Shown: positions 22,910 through 30,671 of the stretch, piece by piece | Layout of the letters: each line of letters begins with the position of its first letter | Numbering within the stretch: the first letter of the stretch is position 1 | From: Kineococcus radiotolerans SRS30216 = ATCC BAA-149 | GTDB taxonomy: Bacteria; Actinomycetota; Actinomycetes; Actinomycetales; Kineococcaceae | NCBI RefSeq assembly: GCF_000017305.1 | Contig: NC_009664.2 | Span: 1,500,001 to 1,532,000 of the forward strand | Direction of reading: 5' to 3' | DNA: 32,000 nt | The notes under the pieces: generated by a model | The model's input: the letters and a program-made list of their open reading frames with translations, nothing else | What the model was told of the DNA's origin: nothing | Databases searched by the model: none | Translations under genes and position numbers: made by a program

Positions 22910-23119
22910 TCACGCCCGGCGCCGCCACCACCGCCGGCGGGGCGCTTCCCGCCGGCGGCGGGCGGCGCGCAGTTCGCGCACGAGGTGCTCGCGGGCGGCG
23001 AGGGCCAGGGCCTCCTCCCGGCGGAGGGCGAGGCCCTGGTGCAGTTCCCAGTCGAGCGCGGTGAGGTCCATGCCGACGACGCTCGCGCTGAGGGGGTGGC
23101 GGTGGCGTCCGGCGTTCAC
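22910..23119 (-). CDS. Hypothetical small protein/upstream ORF (53-69 aa) with a helical core and Arg/Trp-rich tail
   Basis: MDLTALDWELHQGLALRREEALALAAREHLVRELRAARRRREAPRRRWWRRRA. About 50 of 53 codons end in G or C while second positions are mixed, which is coding-like. Starts are GTG 23119 or ATG 23071. No recognisable domain and no clear SD sequence. Confidence 0.35.
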   Translation of the reverse strand: MNAGRHRHPLSASVVGMDLTALDWELHQGLALRREEALALAAREHLVRELRAARRRREAPRRRWWRRRA

Positions 23120-23166
23120 GTCGTCCCGGCGCGCTCCGTCCGCCTTAGTTACGTACAGTCCGTAAG

Positions 23167-23499
23167 GTGCGACGCATCGTGGCGGGGCGTGGACCAGGAC
23201 GGTCGATCTCGGCGGCTCGCCGCGCCCCCGACCCGCGCGGGGGCCACCATCGACGGGTGACCGTCTGGACGTCGTTCATGGACCTCGTGCACCTCATCGG
23301 TGCCCTGGGGTGCCTCGTCCTGACCGGGGGCTTCGCCGCCGACGGCGAACCCGCGCGCGCGGTGTTCTACGGGCTGCTCACCATGGCCTTCGCGGTGGCC
23401 CTGGCCCACCGCCGCGCGCGCCCCCGGGTCCTCGACCTGCGCGAGACCCCGGCCGAACGCGCCGCCGCCCCCCTCGGGCGGACCACCGGCTCCCGCTGA
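23167..23499 (+). CDS. Hypothetical small membrane protein (two predicted TM helices after an Arg-rich N-terminus)
   Basis: Hydrophobic stretches LVHLIGALGCLVLTGGF and AVFYGLLTMAFAVALA, with very high GC3. TACAGT (23154-23159) lies 7 nt upstream of GTG 23167 (leaderless geometry). ATG 23278 is an alternative start. It ends 20 nt before the MBL gene. Confidence 0.45.
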   Translation: MRRIVAGRGPGRSISAARRAPDPRGGHHRRVTVWTSFMDLVHLIGALGCLVLTGGFAADGEPARAVFYGLLTMAFAVALAHRRARPRVLDLRETPAERAAAPLGRTTGSR

Positions 23500-23519
23500 G
23501 GGACCGCTACGGTCGGGCC

Positions 23520-24137
23520 GTGAACGCGATCACCACCGGCCCGGCCCTGCTCGACGCCGTGCACGTGGGGCCGATGGACAACGTCGCCTACCTCGTCACC
23601 TGCCGCCGCACCGGCCGGCGGGCGCTCGTCGACGCCGCCGCCGAACCCGCCACGCTGCTCGACCTCGTCGGCGGCGACCTCGACCTCGTCGTCACCACCC
23701 ACCGCCACCACGACCACGTGGGGGCGCTCGCCGCCGTCGTCGAGGCCACCGGCGCGCGCACCGCGGCCGGCGACGCCGACGCCGACCACCTGCCCCTGCC
23801 GGTGCAGCAGCGCCTGCACCACGGCGACGTCCTCCACGTCGGCGACGTGCCGCTGGAGGTCGTCCACCTGCGCGGGCACACCCCCGGGTCGGTCGCGCTG
23901 GTGCTGTGCGACCCGCAGGGGCCCGACCACGTCCTCACCGGCGACTCGCTGTTCCCCGGCGGGGTCGGCAACACCCGCGGCGACGCCGCCGCCTTCGCGC
24001 AGCTGCTCGACGACGTCACCGCGCGGCTCTTCGACGTGCTCGACGACGACACCGTCGTCCACCCCGGCCACGGGGCGCCGACGACGATCGGCGCCGAGCG
24101 CCCCGCCCTGCCGGAGTGGCGCGCCCGCGGCTGGTGA
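23520..24137 (+). CDS. MBL-fold metallo-hydrolase (glyoxalase II-like)
   Basis: THRHHDH zinc motif, a later HTPG His, and a GDSLF Asp. GTG at 23520. 205 aa. Confidence 0.8.
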   Translation: MNAITTGPALLDAVHVGPMDNVAYLVTCRRTGRRALVDAAAEPATLLDLVGGDLDLVVTTHRHHDHVGALAAVVEATGARTAAGDADADHLPLPVQQRLHHGDVLHVGDVPLEVVHLRGHTPGSVALVLCDPQGPDHVLTGDSLFPGGVGNTRGDAAAFAQLLDDVTARLFDVLDDDTVVHPGHGAPTTIGAERPALPEWRARGW

Positions 24138-24151
24138 GGCCCGGGGCCTCC

Positions 24152-24544
24152 TCAGCCGACCGCGTGGACCCGGTCCGCGGCGACGGTGACGACGACCCGC
24201 GTCTGGTCCCGCCCGCCGAACCAGGGGTAGGGGCCGCCGAGGTACTTCTGCGCCAGCGCCTCGATGCCCTCCTCCCCGCCCTCGGTGGTCACCGACACGA
24301 CCCGCCCGCGCACGGCGAAGTAGCGGCTGGGGTTCGCCGGGTCGGCGACGGTGACGGCCACCCGCGGGTCGCGCTGCACGTTGCGCAGCTTCTGGAACCC
24401 CTCGACGGTGTTGATGACGATGTTCGTGCCGTCGGTGTCCACCCAGGTCTGGGTGAGCTGCGGGGAGCCGTCGGGCATGGTCGTGGCGACGTAGCAGGTG
24501 GCGCGATCGCGCAGGAGGGTCAGGAGTTCCTCGGGCAGGTCCAT
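24152..24544 (-). CDS. Pyridoxamine 5'-phosphate oxidase-fold protein (PPOX-class, probably F420-dependent)
   Basis: Typical PPOX-class sequence (CYVATTMPDGSPQLTQTWV...RDPRVAVTV...YFAVRGRV) and about 130 aa. I prefer ATG 24544, with TAGCGT on the minus strand (24557-24552) 7 nt upstream. GTG 24553 is an alternative. Confidence 0.8.
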   Translation of the reverse strand: MDLPEELLTLLRDRATCYVATTMPDGSPQLTQTWVDTDGTNIVINTVEGFQKLRNVQRDPRVAVTVADPANPSRYFAVRGRVVSVTTEGGEEGIEALAQKYLGGPYPWFGGRDQTRVVVTVAADRVHAVG

Positions 24545-24699
24545 GCCGGGCACGCTACGGGCCGGGGTCGGGGCGGGCCGGGGTCAGGGTGGGCCGCCGC
24601 GTCCGCGCGCACCCGGCGAGCACGTCCGCCCAGCAGCGCAGCGCCTCCACCCCGCCGTCCTCCTGCTCCGACGCGCCGTAGGAGCCGAGGGGGCCGACG

Positions 24700-25461
24700 A
24701 TGGACGACGTGGTCGCCACCCTCGTCTGCCTGCACGCCCTCGGCGGGAGCCGCCGCGCCTTCGACGCGCTGACGCACGAGCTGGCCGGGGAGTTCGACGT
24801 CCTCGCCCTGGACCTGCCCGGCTCCGGGGAGGCCCCCGTCGAGCTCGGGACCTCGGTGCAGGAGATGGCCGACCACGTCGTCCGGCAGGTCCCGGCCCTC
24901 CTCGGCGGCTCGCGGGAGTGGGTCCTGCTGGGGCACGGCGCGGGCGGGAAGATCGCCTCGGTGGTCACCGCGCAGGCCGTGGCCGGCGACCTCCCGGTGC
25001 CGTCGGGGGTCGTGCTGCTGGCCGCCTCCCCGCCCGGCCCCGAGCCGATGGCGGAGGAGCAGCGCGCGCGGATGCTGTCGTGGGTGGCCGACGGGGCGAT
25101 GGACGCGGCCGCGGTCACCGAGTTCGTCGCCACCCGCGTCGGGGGCCCGCTGGGGCTCGCCGAGGCCGAACGGGTCGTGGCCGACCTGCTGCGCACCTCC
25201 CCCGCGGCGTGGCGGGACTGGCTGGAGCGGGGGTCGCGCGAGGACTGGTCGCAGCGGGTCGGGGTCCTCGACGTCCCGGCCCTCGTCGTGGCCGGCGGGG
25301 CGGACCCCGACCTCGGGGAGGACGTCCAGCGCCGGCTCAACGGCGCGGTCTACCCCCGCGCGACGTTCCGGACGCTGGCGGGGGCGGGCCACCTGCTGCC
25401 GCTGGAGCGTCCGCGCGAGGTCGCCGCCGTGCTCAGAGCTTCTCGACCGGCGCGTACCTGA
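24700..25461 (+). CDS. Alpha/beta-hydrolase fold protein with a Ser-less nucleophile elbow
   Basis: HALGGS oxyanion-region start, a GxSxG position that reads LLGHGAGGKIA, a late Asp (VVAGGADPD), and a GAGHLLPLERP His motif. ATG at 24700 is preceded by GAGGGGG. The 3' end overlaps the convergent pcrA by 29 nt. Confidence 0.75.
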   Translation: MDDVVATLVCLHALGGSRRAFDALTHELAGEFDVLALDLPGSGEAPVELGTSVQEMADHVVRQVPALLGGSREWVLLGHGAGGKIASVVTAQAVAGDLPVPSGVVLLAASPPGPEPMAEEQRARMLSWVADGAMDAAAVTEFVATRVGGPLGLAEAERVVADLLRTSPAAWRDWLERGSREDWSQRVGVLDVPALVVAGGADPDLGEDVQRRLNGAVYPRATFRTLAGAGHLLPLERPREVAAVLRASRPART

Positions 25462-27754
25462 GCAGCAGCCGCTTGACGCCCTCGGAGCGGAAGTCGATGT
25501 GGGCGATGGTCTTGTCCCCCTCGCCCTCCACCCGCACGACGGTGCCGAGCCCGAAGGAGTCGTGGGTGACGCGGTCGCCGGGGTTGAGGGCGATCACCGG
25601 GCGGCTGCCCGCCGAGCGGACCCCCGGCCGCTGCGCGACCCGCGTCGAGGCCGACGTGGAGGTGACGTCCTGGAACGCGGACTCCCCACGCTTCCAGTCC
25701 ACCAGCGTCGCCGGGACCTCGTCGAGGAACCGCGACGGCGGGTACTGCTGCGGGGCGCCCCACGCGCTGCGCACCGCCGAGCGCGAGAGGTAGAGGCGTT
25801 CCCGGGCCCGGGTGAGCCCGACGTAGGCCAGCCGGCGCTCCTCGGCCAGCTGGTCCGGGTCGCCCAGGGAGCGGGTGTGCGGGAAGGTCCCGTCCTCCAT
25901 CCCGGTGAGGAAGACGACGGGGAACTCCAGGCCCTTGGCGGTGTGCAGGGTCATGAGGGTGACGACGCCGTCGTCCTCGGCCCCCACGGGGATCTGGTCG
26001 GCGTCGGCGACCAGCGAGACGCGTTCGAGGAAGTCCGACAGGGTGCCCTCGGGGTTCTCCTCGGAGAACTCCTCGGCCACGGCGACGAGCTCGGAGAGGT
26101 TCTCCACCCGCGACTCGTCCTGCGGGTCGGCGCTGGCGCGCAGCTCGGCGAGGTAGCCGGTCTGCTCCAGCACGGCCTCCAGCACCACGGAGGGCGCGGC
26201 GCCGGACTCGGCCAGGGTGCGCAGGTCCGCGATCAGCTGCGCGAAGCCCTTGATCGCGTTGAGCGAGCGGGACACCAGTCCGATCGCCTCGTCGGCGCGC
26301 TCCAGGGCGGCGTTGAAGCCGATCCGCTCCCGGTCGGCGAGCACGACGAGCGCGGCCTCGGCGCGCTCGCCGATCCCGCGCTTGGGGACGTTGATGACCC
26401 GGCGCAGGTTCACGGTGTCGTCGGGGTTGTCCAGGACGCGCAGGTACGCGACGGCGTCCTTGACCTCCCGGCGCTCGTAGAAGCGGGTCCCGCCGACCAC
26501 CTTGTAGGGCAGGCCGGTGCGGATGAAGACCTCCTCCAGCGAGCGCGACTGCGCGTTCGTCCGGTAGAAGACCGCGACGTCCTTGTACTTCAGCGCCCCC
26601 GCGTCGTGGAGGCGGTCGACCTCCTCGGCCACGAACGCGGCCTCGTCGTGCTCGTCGTCGGCGACGTAGCCGACGATCTGCTCGCCCGCGCCCGCGGCCG
26701 TCCAGAGGTTCTTGGGCCGGCGGTCGTCGTTGAGCTTGATGACCTCGTTGGCGGCGGTGAGGATGTTCTGCGTGGAGCGGTAGTTCTGCTCCAGCAGCAC
26801 CGTCGTCGCGTCGGGGTAGTCCTGCTCGAACTCGACGATGTTGCGGATCGTGGCGCCGCGGAAGGCGTAGATCGACTGGTCGGCGTCGCCGACGACGGTG
26901 AGCTCCCCGCGCGGGACGGGGCCCTCGCCGGTGCCGACGAGCTCCTTCACCAGCACGTACTGGGCGTGGTTGGTGTCCTGGTACTCGTCGACGAGGACGT
27001 GGCGGAACCGGCGGCGGTAGTGCTCGGCGACGTCGGGGAAGGCCTGCAGCAGGTGGACCGTGGACATGATGAGGTCGTCGAAGTCCATCGCGTTGGCCTG
27101 CCGCAGCCGCTGCTGGTACGTCCGGTAGACCCGCGCGAGGACGCGCTCGGTCTCGGTGCCGCCCTCGGAGTTCGCCCGGTCGAAGAACGTCTCCTCGTCG
27201 ACGAGCTCGTTCTTGAGGTTGGACACCATGGCCGCCATCGCGCGCGGCGCGTGCTTCTTGGGGTCCAGGTCCAGCTCGCGCCCGACCATCGCCATCAGCC
27301 GCTGGGAGTCGGCGGAGTCGTAAATCGAGAACGACGTCCGCATCCCCAGGTGGGTGGCCTCGCGGCGCAGGATCCGCACGCAGGCGGAGTGGAACGTGGA
27401 GACCCACATGCTGCGCGCACCCATGCCCACGACGTCGCCGACGAGGGCGCCGACGCGTTCGCGCATCTCGGCGGCGGCCTTGTTGGTGAAGGTGATCGCG
27501 AGGACCTCCCCCGGCGTGGCGCGCCCGCGGGCCAGCAGGTACGCGATGCGGTGGGTGAGCACCCGCGTCTTGCCCGACCCGGCGCCGGCGACGATGAGCA
27601 GCGGGGACCCGGCGTGCTCGACGGCCTGGCGCTGCTGGGGGTTCAGCCCGACCAGCAGCGCGTCCGGGTCGGCCCCCCGGCGCGGGGCCGGCGCGGGGGC
27701 CGGGTCGCCGCTCGAGGAGGGGCCCAGCGGGAGGTCGTCGAAGAGAGTGCTCAT
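25433..27754 (-). CDS. pcrA: ATP-dependent DNA helicase PcrA/UvrD1 (SF1A)
   Basis: Walker A AGAGSGKT and motif II VDEYQDTN, with full-length colinearity with UvrD/PcrA helicases, including the C-terminal Tudor-like tail (773 aa). Confidence 0.95.
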   Translation of the reverse strand: MSTLFDDLPLGPSSSGDPAPAPAPRRGADPDALLVGLNPQQRQAVEHAGSPLLIVAGAGSGKTRVLTHRIAYLLARGRATPGEVLAITFTNKAAAEMRERVGALVGDVVGMGARSMWVSTFHSACVRILRREATHLGMRTSFSIYDSADSQRLMAMVGRELDLDPKKHAPRAMAAMVSNLKNELVDEETFFDRANSEGGTETERVLARVYRTYQQRLRQANAMDFDDLIMSTVHLLQAFPDVAEHYRRRFRHVLVDEYQDTNHAQYVLVKELVGTGEGPVPRGELTVVGDADQSIYAFRGATIRNIVEFEQDYPDATTVLLEQNYRSTQNILTAANEVIKLNDDRRPKNLWTAAGAGEQIVGYVADDEHDEAAFVAEEVDRLHDAGALKYKDVAVFYRTNAQSRSLEEVFIRTGLPYKVVGGTRFYERREVKDAVAYLRVLDNPDDTVNLRRVINVPKRGIGERAEAALVVLADRERIGFNAALERADEAIGLVSRSLNAIKGFAQLIADLRTLAESGAAPSVVLEAVLEQTGYLAELRASADPQDESRVENLSELVAVAEEFSEENPEGTLSDFLERVSLVADADQIPVGAEDDGVVTLMTLHTAKGLEFPVVFLTGMEDGTFPHTRSLGDPDQLAEERRLAYVGLTRARERLYLSRSAVRSAWGAPQQYPPSRFLDEVPATLVDWKRGESAFQDVTSTSASTRVAQRPGVRSAGSRPVIALNPGDRVTHDSFGLGTVVRVEGEGDKTIAHIDFRSEGVKRLLLRYAPVEKL

Positions 27755-27763
27755 CGTGGGTCA

Positions 27764-27785
27764 AGGGTATGCCTCGGTCCCGACA
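27764..27785 (-). promoter_or_regulatory. Candidate RecA-NDp-like (PafBC-type) DNA-damage promoter for pcrA
   Basis: The minus strand reads TGTCGGGA-N8-TACCCT, with the -10 box ending 9 nt before ATG 27754. The consensus I recall is tTGTCRgtg-N8-TAnnnT. Confidence 0.45.
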
Positions 27786-27810
27786 CATCCCGCCCGCGCG
27801 CGCTCCGGCG

Positions 27811-27870
27811 GCCTGGTCCGATCCGGTCCAGGGTGGACCACTCCGGTCCACCCTGGTCTACCGTGGTCCA
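27811..27870. repeat. Six contiguous 10-bp units each ending in GG(T/A)C(C/T)N; includes inverted repeats; probable operator array for the adjacent TetR
   Basis: Units are gcctGGTCCg, atccGGTCCa, gggtGGACCa, ctccGGTCCa, ccctGGTCTa and ccgtGGTCCa. GGTCCAgggTGGACC (27825-27839) is a 6+6 inverted repeat. CCAGGGTGGACC (27828-27839) and GGTCCACCCTGG (27845-27856) form a perfect 12-bp inverted repeat with a 5-nt spacer. Confidence 0.75.
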
Positions 27871-27880
27871 CGTGCCCCGG

Positions 27881-28453
27881 ATGACGAAGGAGCAGATCGA
27901 CGAGGAGATCCTCGAGACCGCCGCCGCGCTCTTCGCCCGGCACGGGATCGGGCAGACCTCCCTGCAGCGCGTGGCCGACGCCGTCGGCTACTCCAAGACC
28001 GGTCTCCTGCACCGGTTCCCCACCAAGGAGGCGCTGGAGGAGGCCACCGTCGCCCACGCCGTCGAGCGCGTCGAGCGCATCGCCGCCCGCGTCTCCCCCC
28101 TGCCCCCCGGCCCCGCCCGCGACCGCGCCGTCCTCGAGGCCCTCGCCGACCTCGCCGAGCACCGCCCCGGCCTGGTGTCCTTCCTGCTCACCGCCCTCAG
28201 CCAGGGCTCGGCGGCGGCCGGACGCCTCGACGTCCTCGGCGAGGTGGTCTTCCGCTCCTTCGGCGCCGGCTCCGTGCCCGCCGGGGAACCCCTGCCCCCC
28301 GAGGCCGTCGCCCGCGGGGTCCGCATCACCAGCGCCATCGGCGGTCTCGCCGTCACGTCGCTGGCCTTCTGCGACCTCGCCCCGGGCGCCGTGCGCCCGC
28401 ACCTGCTCGCCGCCGCCCTCGGCGCGCTCGGCCACCCCGACCAGGAGGACTGA
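27881..28453 (+). CDS. TetR family transcriptional regulator
   Basis: N-terminal HTH ILETAAALFARHGIGQTSLQRVADAVGYSKTGLLHRFPTKE. ATG at 27881. The stop overlaps the MMPL start (TGATG). Confidence 0.85.
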   Translation: MTKEQIDEEILETAAALFARHGIGQTSLQRVADAVGYSKTGLLHRFPTKEALEEATVAHAVERVERIAARVSPLPPGPARDRAVLEALADLAEHRPGLVSFLLTALSQGSAAAGRLDVLGEVVFRSFGAGSVPAGEPLPPEAVARGVRITSAIGGLAVTSLAFCDLAPGAVRPHLLAAALGALGHPDQED

Positions 28454-30633
28454 TGGCCACGTTCCTGCACCGCCTCGGCGCCGCCGCCTTCCGCCACCGC
28501 GTCCCCGTCGTCGTCGTCTGGGTGCTGCTGCTGGCCTTGGCGGGGGCGGGCGCGGCGACGCTGGCGGGCAAGACGGTGAACACCTTCGAGATCCCCGGCC
28601 AGGAGTCCACCACCGCGCTGCGCCTCATCGGGGAGGAGTTCGGCGACGACGCCGACGGCGCCTCCGCGCAGGTGGTCCTCCAGGTGCCCGAGGGCCAGCG
28701 GATCACCGACCCGCAGAACGCGGCGGGGGTCGCGGCCGCGGTCGCGGGGCTCGCCGCCCTACCCGGCGTCGTGGGGGCGACGAACCCGCTCGACCCGGCC
28801 GCGCCGGTCGTCTCCCCCGACCTGCGCGCCGCCTACAGCACCGTCACCTACGCGGTGGCGCCCCCGGAGGTCACCGAGGCCCAGCGCGCGGCCCTGTTCG
28901 CCGCCGTCGACGACGCCCGCGCGGGCGGGCTCACCGCCGAGGTCACCGGCGACGCCACCCAGGGGGTCTCGCAGATCGGCGGCCCGGCCGAGGTCGTCGG
29001 CGTCGTCGTCGCCCTCCTCGTCCTGGCCCTCACCTACGGGTCGCTGGTGGCGGCGGGGATGAACCTGCTGACCGCGGTGGTCGGGGTCGGCATCGGCGCG
29101 CTGGGGATCACCACCCTCACCGGGTTCGTCGACCTGCAGTCCACGACCCCCGTCCTGGCGATCATGCTCGGCCTCGCCGTCGGCATCGACTACGCGCTGT
29201 TCATCTTCACCCGGTTCCGGCACGAGCTGCTGGCGGGCCGGAGCGTCGCCGGTGCCGTCCCCGCGGCCGTGGGGACGGCCGGGTCCGCGGTGCTGACCGC
29301 CGGGGCGACCGTGGTCATCGCCCTCGTCGGGCTCGCCGTGGCCGGCGTCCCGTTCCTCACCGAGATGGGGGTCGCGGCCGCCGCGACCGTCGTCGTCGCG
29401 GTCCTCGTCGCCCTCACCCTCGTCCCCGCCGTCCTCGGGCTCGTCGGGGTGCGCGCCCTGCCGCGCGCCGCGCGCCGCGCGCTCTCCCCCGGGGGCGGCC
29501 GGCACGCCGCGGCCGAGGCCCCCGCGGGCCCCGGGCGCCGGGGGCTGTTCGCCGCCTGGGGCCGCACCGTCACCAGCCGGCGGTGGGCCAGCCTGGGCCT
29601 GGCCGTCCTCGTCCTCGGGGTCGTCGCCGTCCCCGTGGCCTCGATGCGGACCTCGCTGTCCACGGCGTGGCCCGAGGGCAGCACCCAGGCGCGGGCGCAG
29701 GAGATCCTGTCCGACCGCTTCGGCGCGGGGGTCAGCGGACCCCTGCTCGTCCTCGTCGACGGCGACGGGGCGCCCGAGCGCGCCGCCGGGCTGGTCACCC
29801 GGCTGCAGGGCCTGGACGGGGTCGCGCTGGTCACCCCGGCGACCCCGAACCGGGACGGGACGGCCGCCCTGGTCACGGTCGTGCCCACCACCGCCCCCGA
29901 CGACGAGGCCACCACTGACCTCGTGCACCGGATGCGCGACCTCGTCCGCGACGACGCCGACGGCGCGGCGCCCGCCTACGTGACCGGCCAGACCGCGGTC
30001 AGCGTCGACGTGTCCGCGACCCTCGCCGAGGCGCTGCCGGTGTACCTGGTGCTCGTCGTCGGGCTCGCGCTCGTCCTGCTGGTGCTGGTGTTCCGCTCCA
30101 TCGCGGTGCCGGTCGTGGGGGTCCTGGGCTTCCTGCTGACGATCGGCGCGGCCCTGGGCGCGACGACGGCGGTGTTCCAGTGGGGCTGGCTGAAGGACCT
30201 CGTGCACGCCGAGAGCACCGGCCCGCTGCTGAGCCTGGCCCCGATCATCGTCGTCGGGATCCTCTTCGGCCTGGCCATGGACTACCAGGTGTTCCTCGTC
30301 TCCCGGATGCACGAGGCGCACGCCCACGGCGAGGACCCCGTGCAGGCCGTGCGGACCGGCTTCCGGCAGGCGGCGCCGGTCGTGGTGGCGGCCGCGGCGA
30401 TCATGTTCGCGGTGTTCGCGGGCTTCGTCCCCGAGGGGGACGCCACGATCCAGCCCATCGCCTTCGCGCTGGCCGTGGGGATCCTCGCCGACGCCGTCGT
30501 CGTCCGGATGGTCGCCGTCCCGGCGGCGCTGTCGCTGCTGGGACCCGCGGCGTGGTGGCTGCCGCGGTGGCTGCGCTGGCTGCCGACGCTGGACGTGGAG
30601 GGGACCGCGCTGGAGCGGACGCGGGCCGGCTGA
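28453..30633 (+). CDS. MMPL-family (RND superfamily) membrane transporter
   Basis: Two repeated modules, each a large extracytoplasmic domain followed by a hydrophobic helix bundle. MMPL-type motifs (GIDYALFIFTRFRHEL and GLAMDYQVFLVSRMHE). ATG at 28453 is preceded by CCAGGAGGA. 726 aa. Confidence 0.9.
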   Translation: MATFLHRLGAAAFRHRVPVVVVWVLLLALAGAGAATLAGKTVNTFEIPGQESTTALRLIGEEFGDDADGASAQVVLQVPEGQRITDPQNAAGVAAAVAGLAALPGVVGATNPLDPAAPVVSPDLRAAYSTVTYAVAPPEVTEAQRAALFAAVDDARAGGLTAEVTGDATQGVSQIGGPAEVVGVVVALLVLALTYGSLVAAGMNLLTAVVGVGIGALGITTLTGFVDLQSTTPVLAIMLGLAVGIDYALFIFTRFRHELLAGRSVAGAVPAAVGTAGSAVLTAGATVVIALVGLAVAGVPFLTEMGVAAAATVVVAVLVALTLVPAVLGLVGVRALPRAARRALSPGGGRHAAAEAPAGPGRRGLFAAWGRTVTSRRWASLGLAVLVLGVVAVPVASMRTSLSTAWPEGSTQARAQEILSDRFGAGVSGPLLVLVDGDGAPERAAGLVTRLQGLDGVALVTPATPNRDGTAALVTVVPTTAPDDEATTDLVHRMRDLVRDDADGAAPAYVTGQTAVSVDVSATLAEALPVYLVLVVGLALVLLVLVFRSIAVPVVGVLGFLLTIGAALGATTAVFQWGWLKDLVHAESTGPLLSLAPIIVVGILFGLAMDYQVFLVSRMHEAHAHGEDPVQAVRTGFRQAAPVVVAAAAIMFAVFAGFVPEGDATIQPIAFALAVGILADAVVVRMVAVPAALSLLGPAAWWLPRWLRWLPTLDVEGTALERTRAG

Positions 30634-30671
30634 GCCGGGCCCGGGGCGCCCGCGCGGCGACGCGGAGGGGG

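Noticed and set aside
24558-24600. Run of G-tracts (GGG CC GGGG TC GGGG C GGG CC GGGG TCA GGG T GGG) as a possible G-quadruplex regulatory element between the PPOX and hydrolase genes
   Set aside because: G-tracts of this kind are expected by chance at this G+C content. I have no way to show enrichment or conservation from this window alone.
27811-27870. The decamer array considered as a CRISPR array or transposon terminal repeat
   Set aside because: The units are contiguous 10-mers with no spacers, far shorter than CRISPR repeats. No cas or transposase genes are present. Its position between two promoters fits an operator array.
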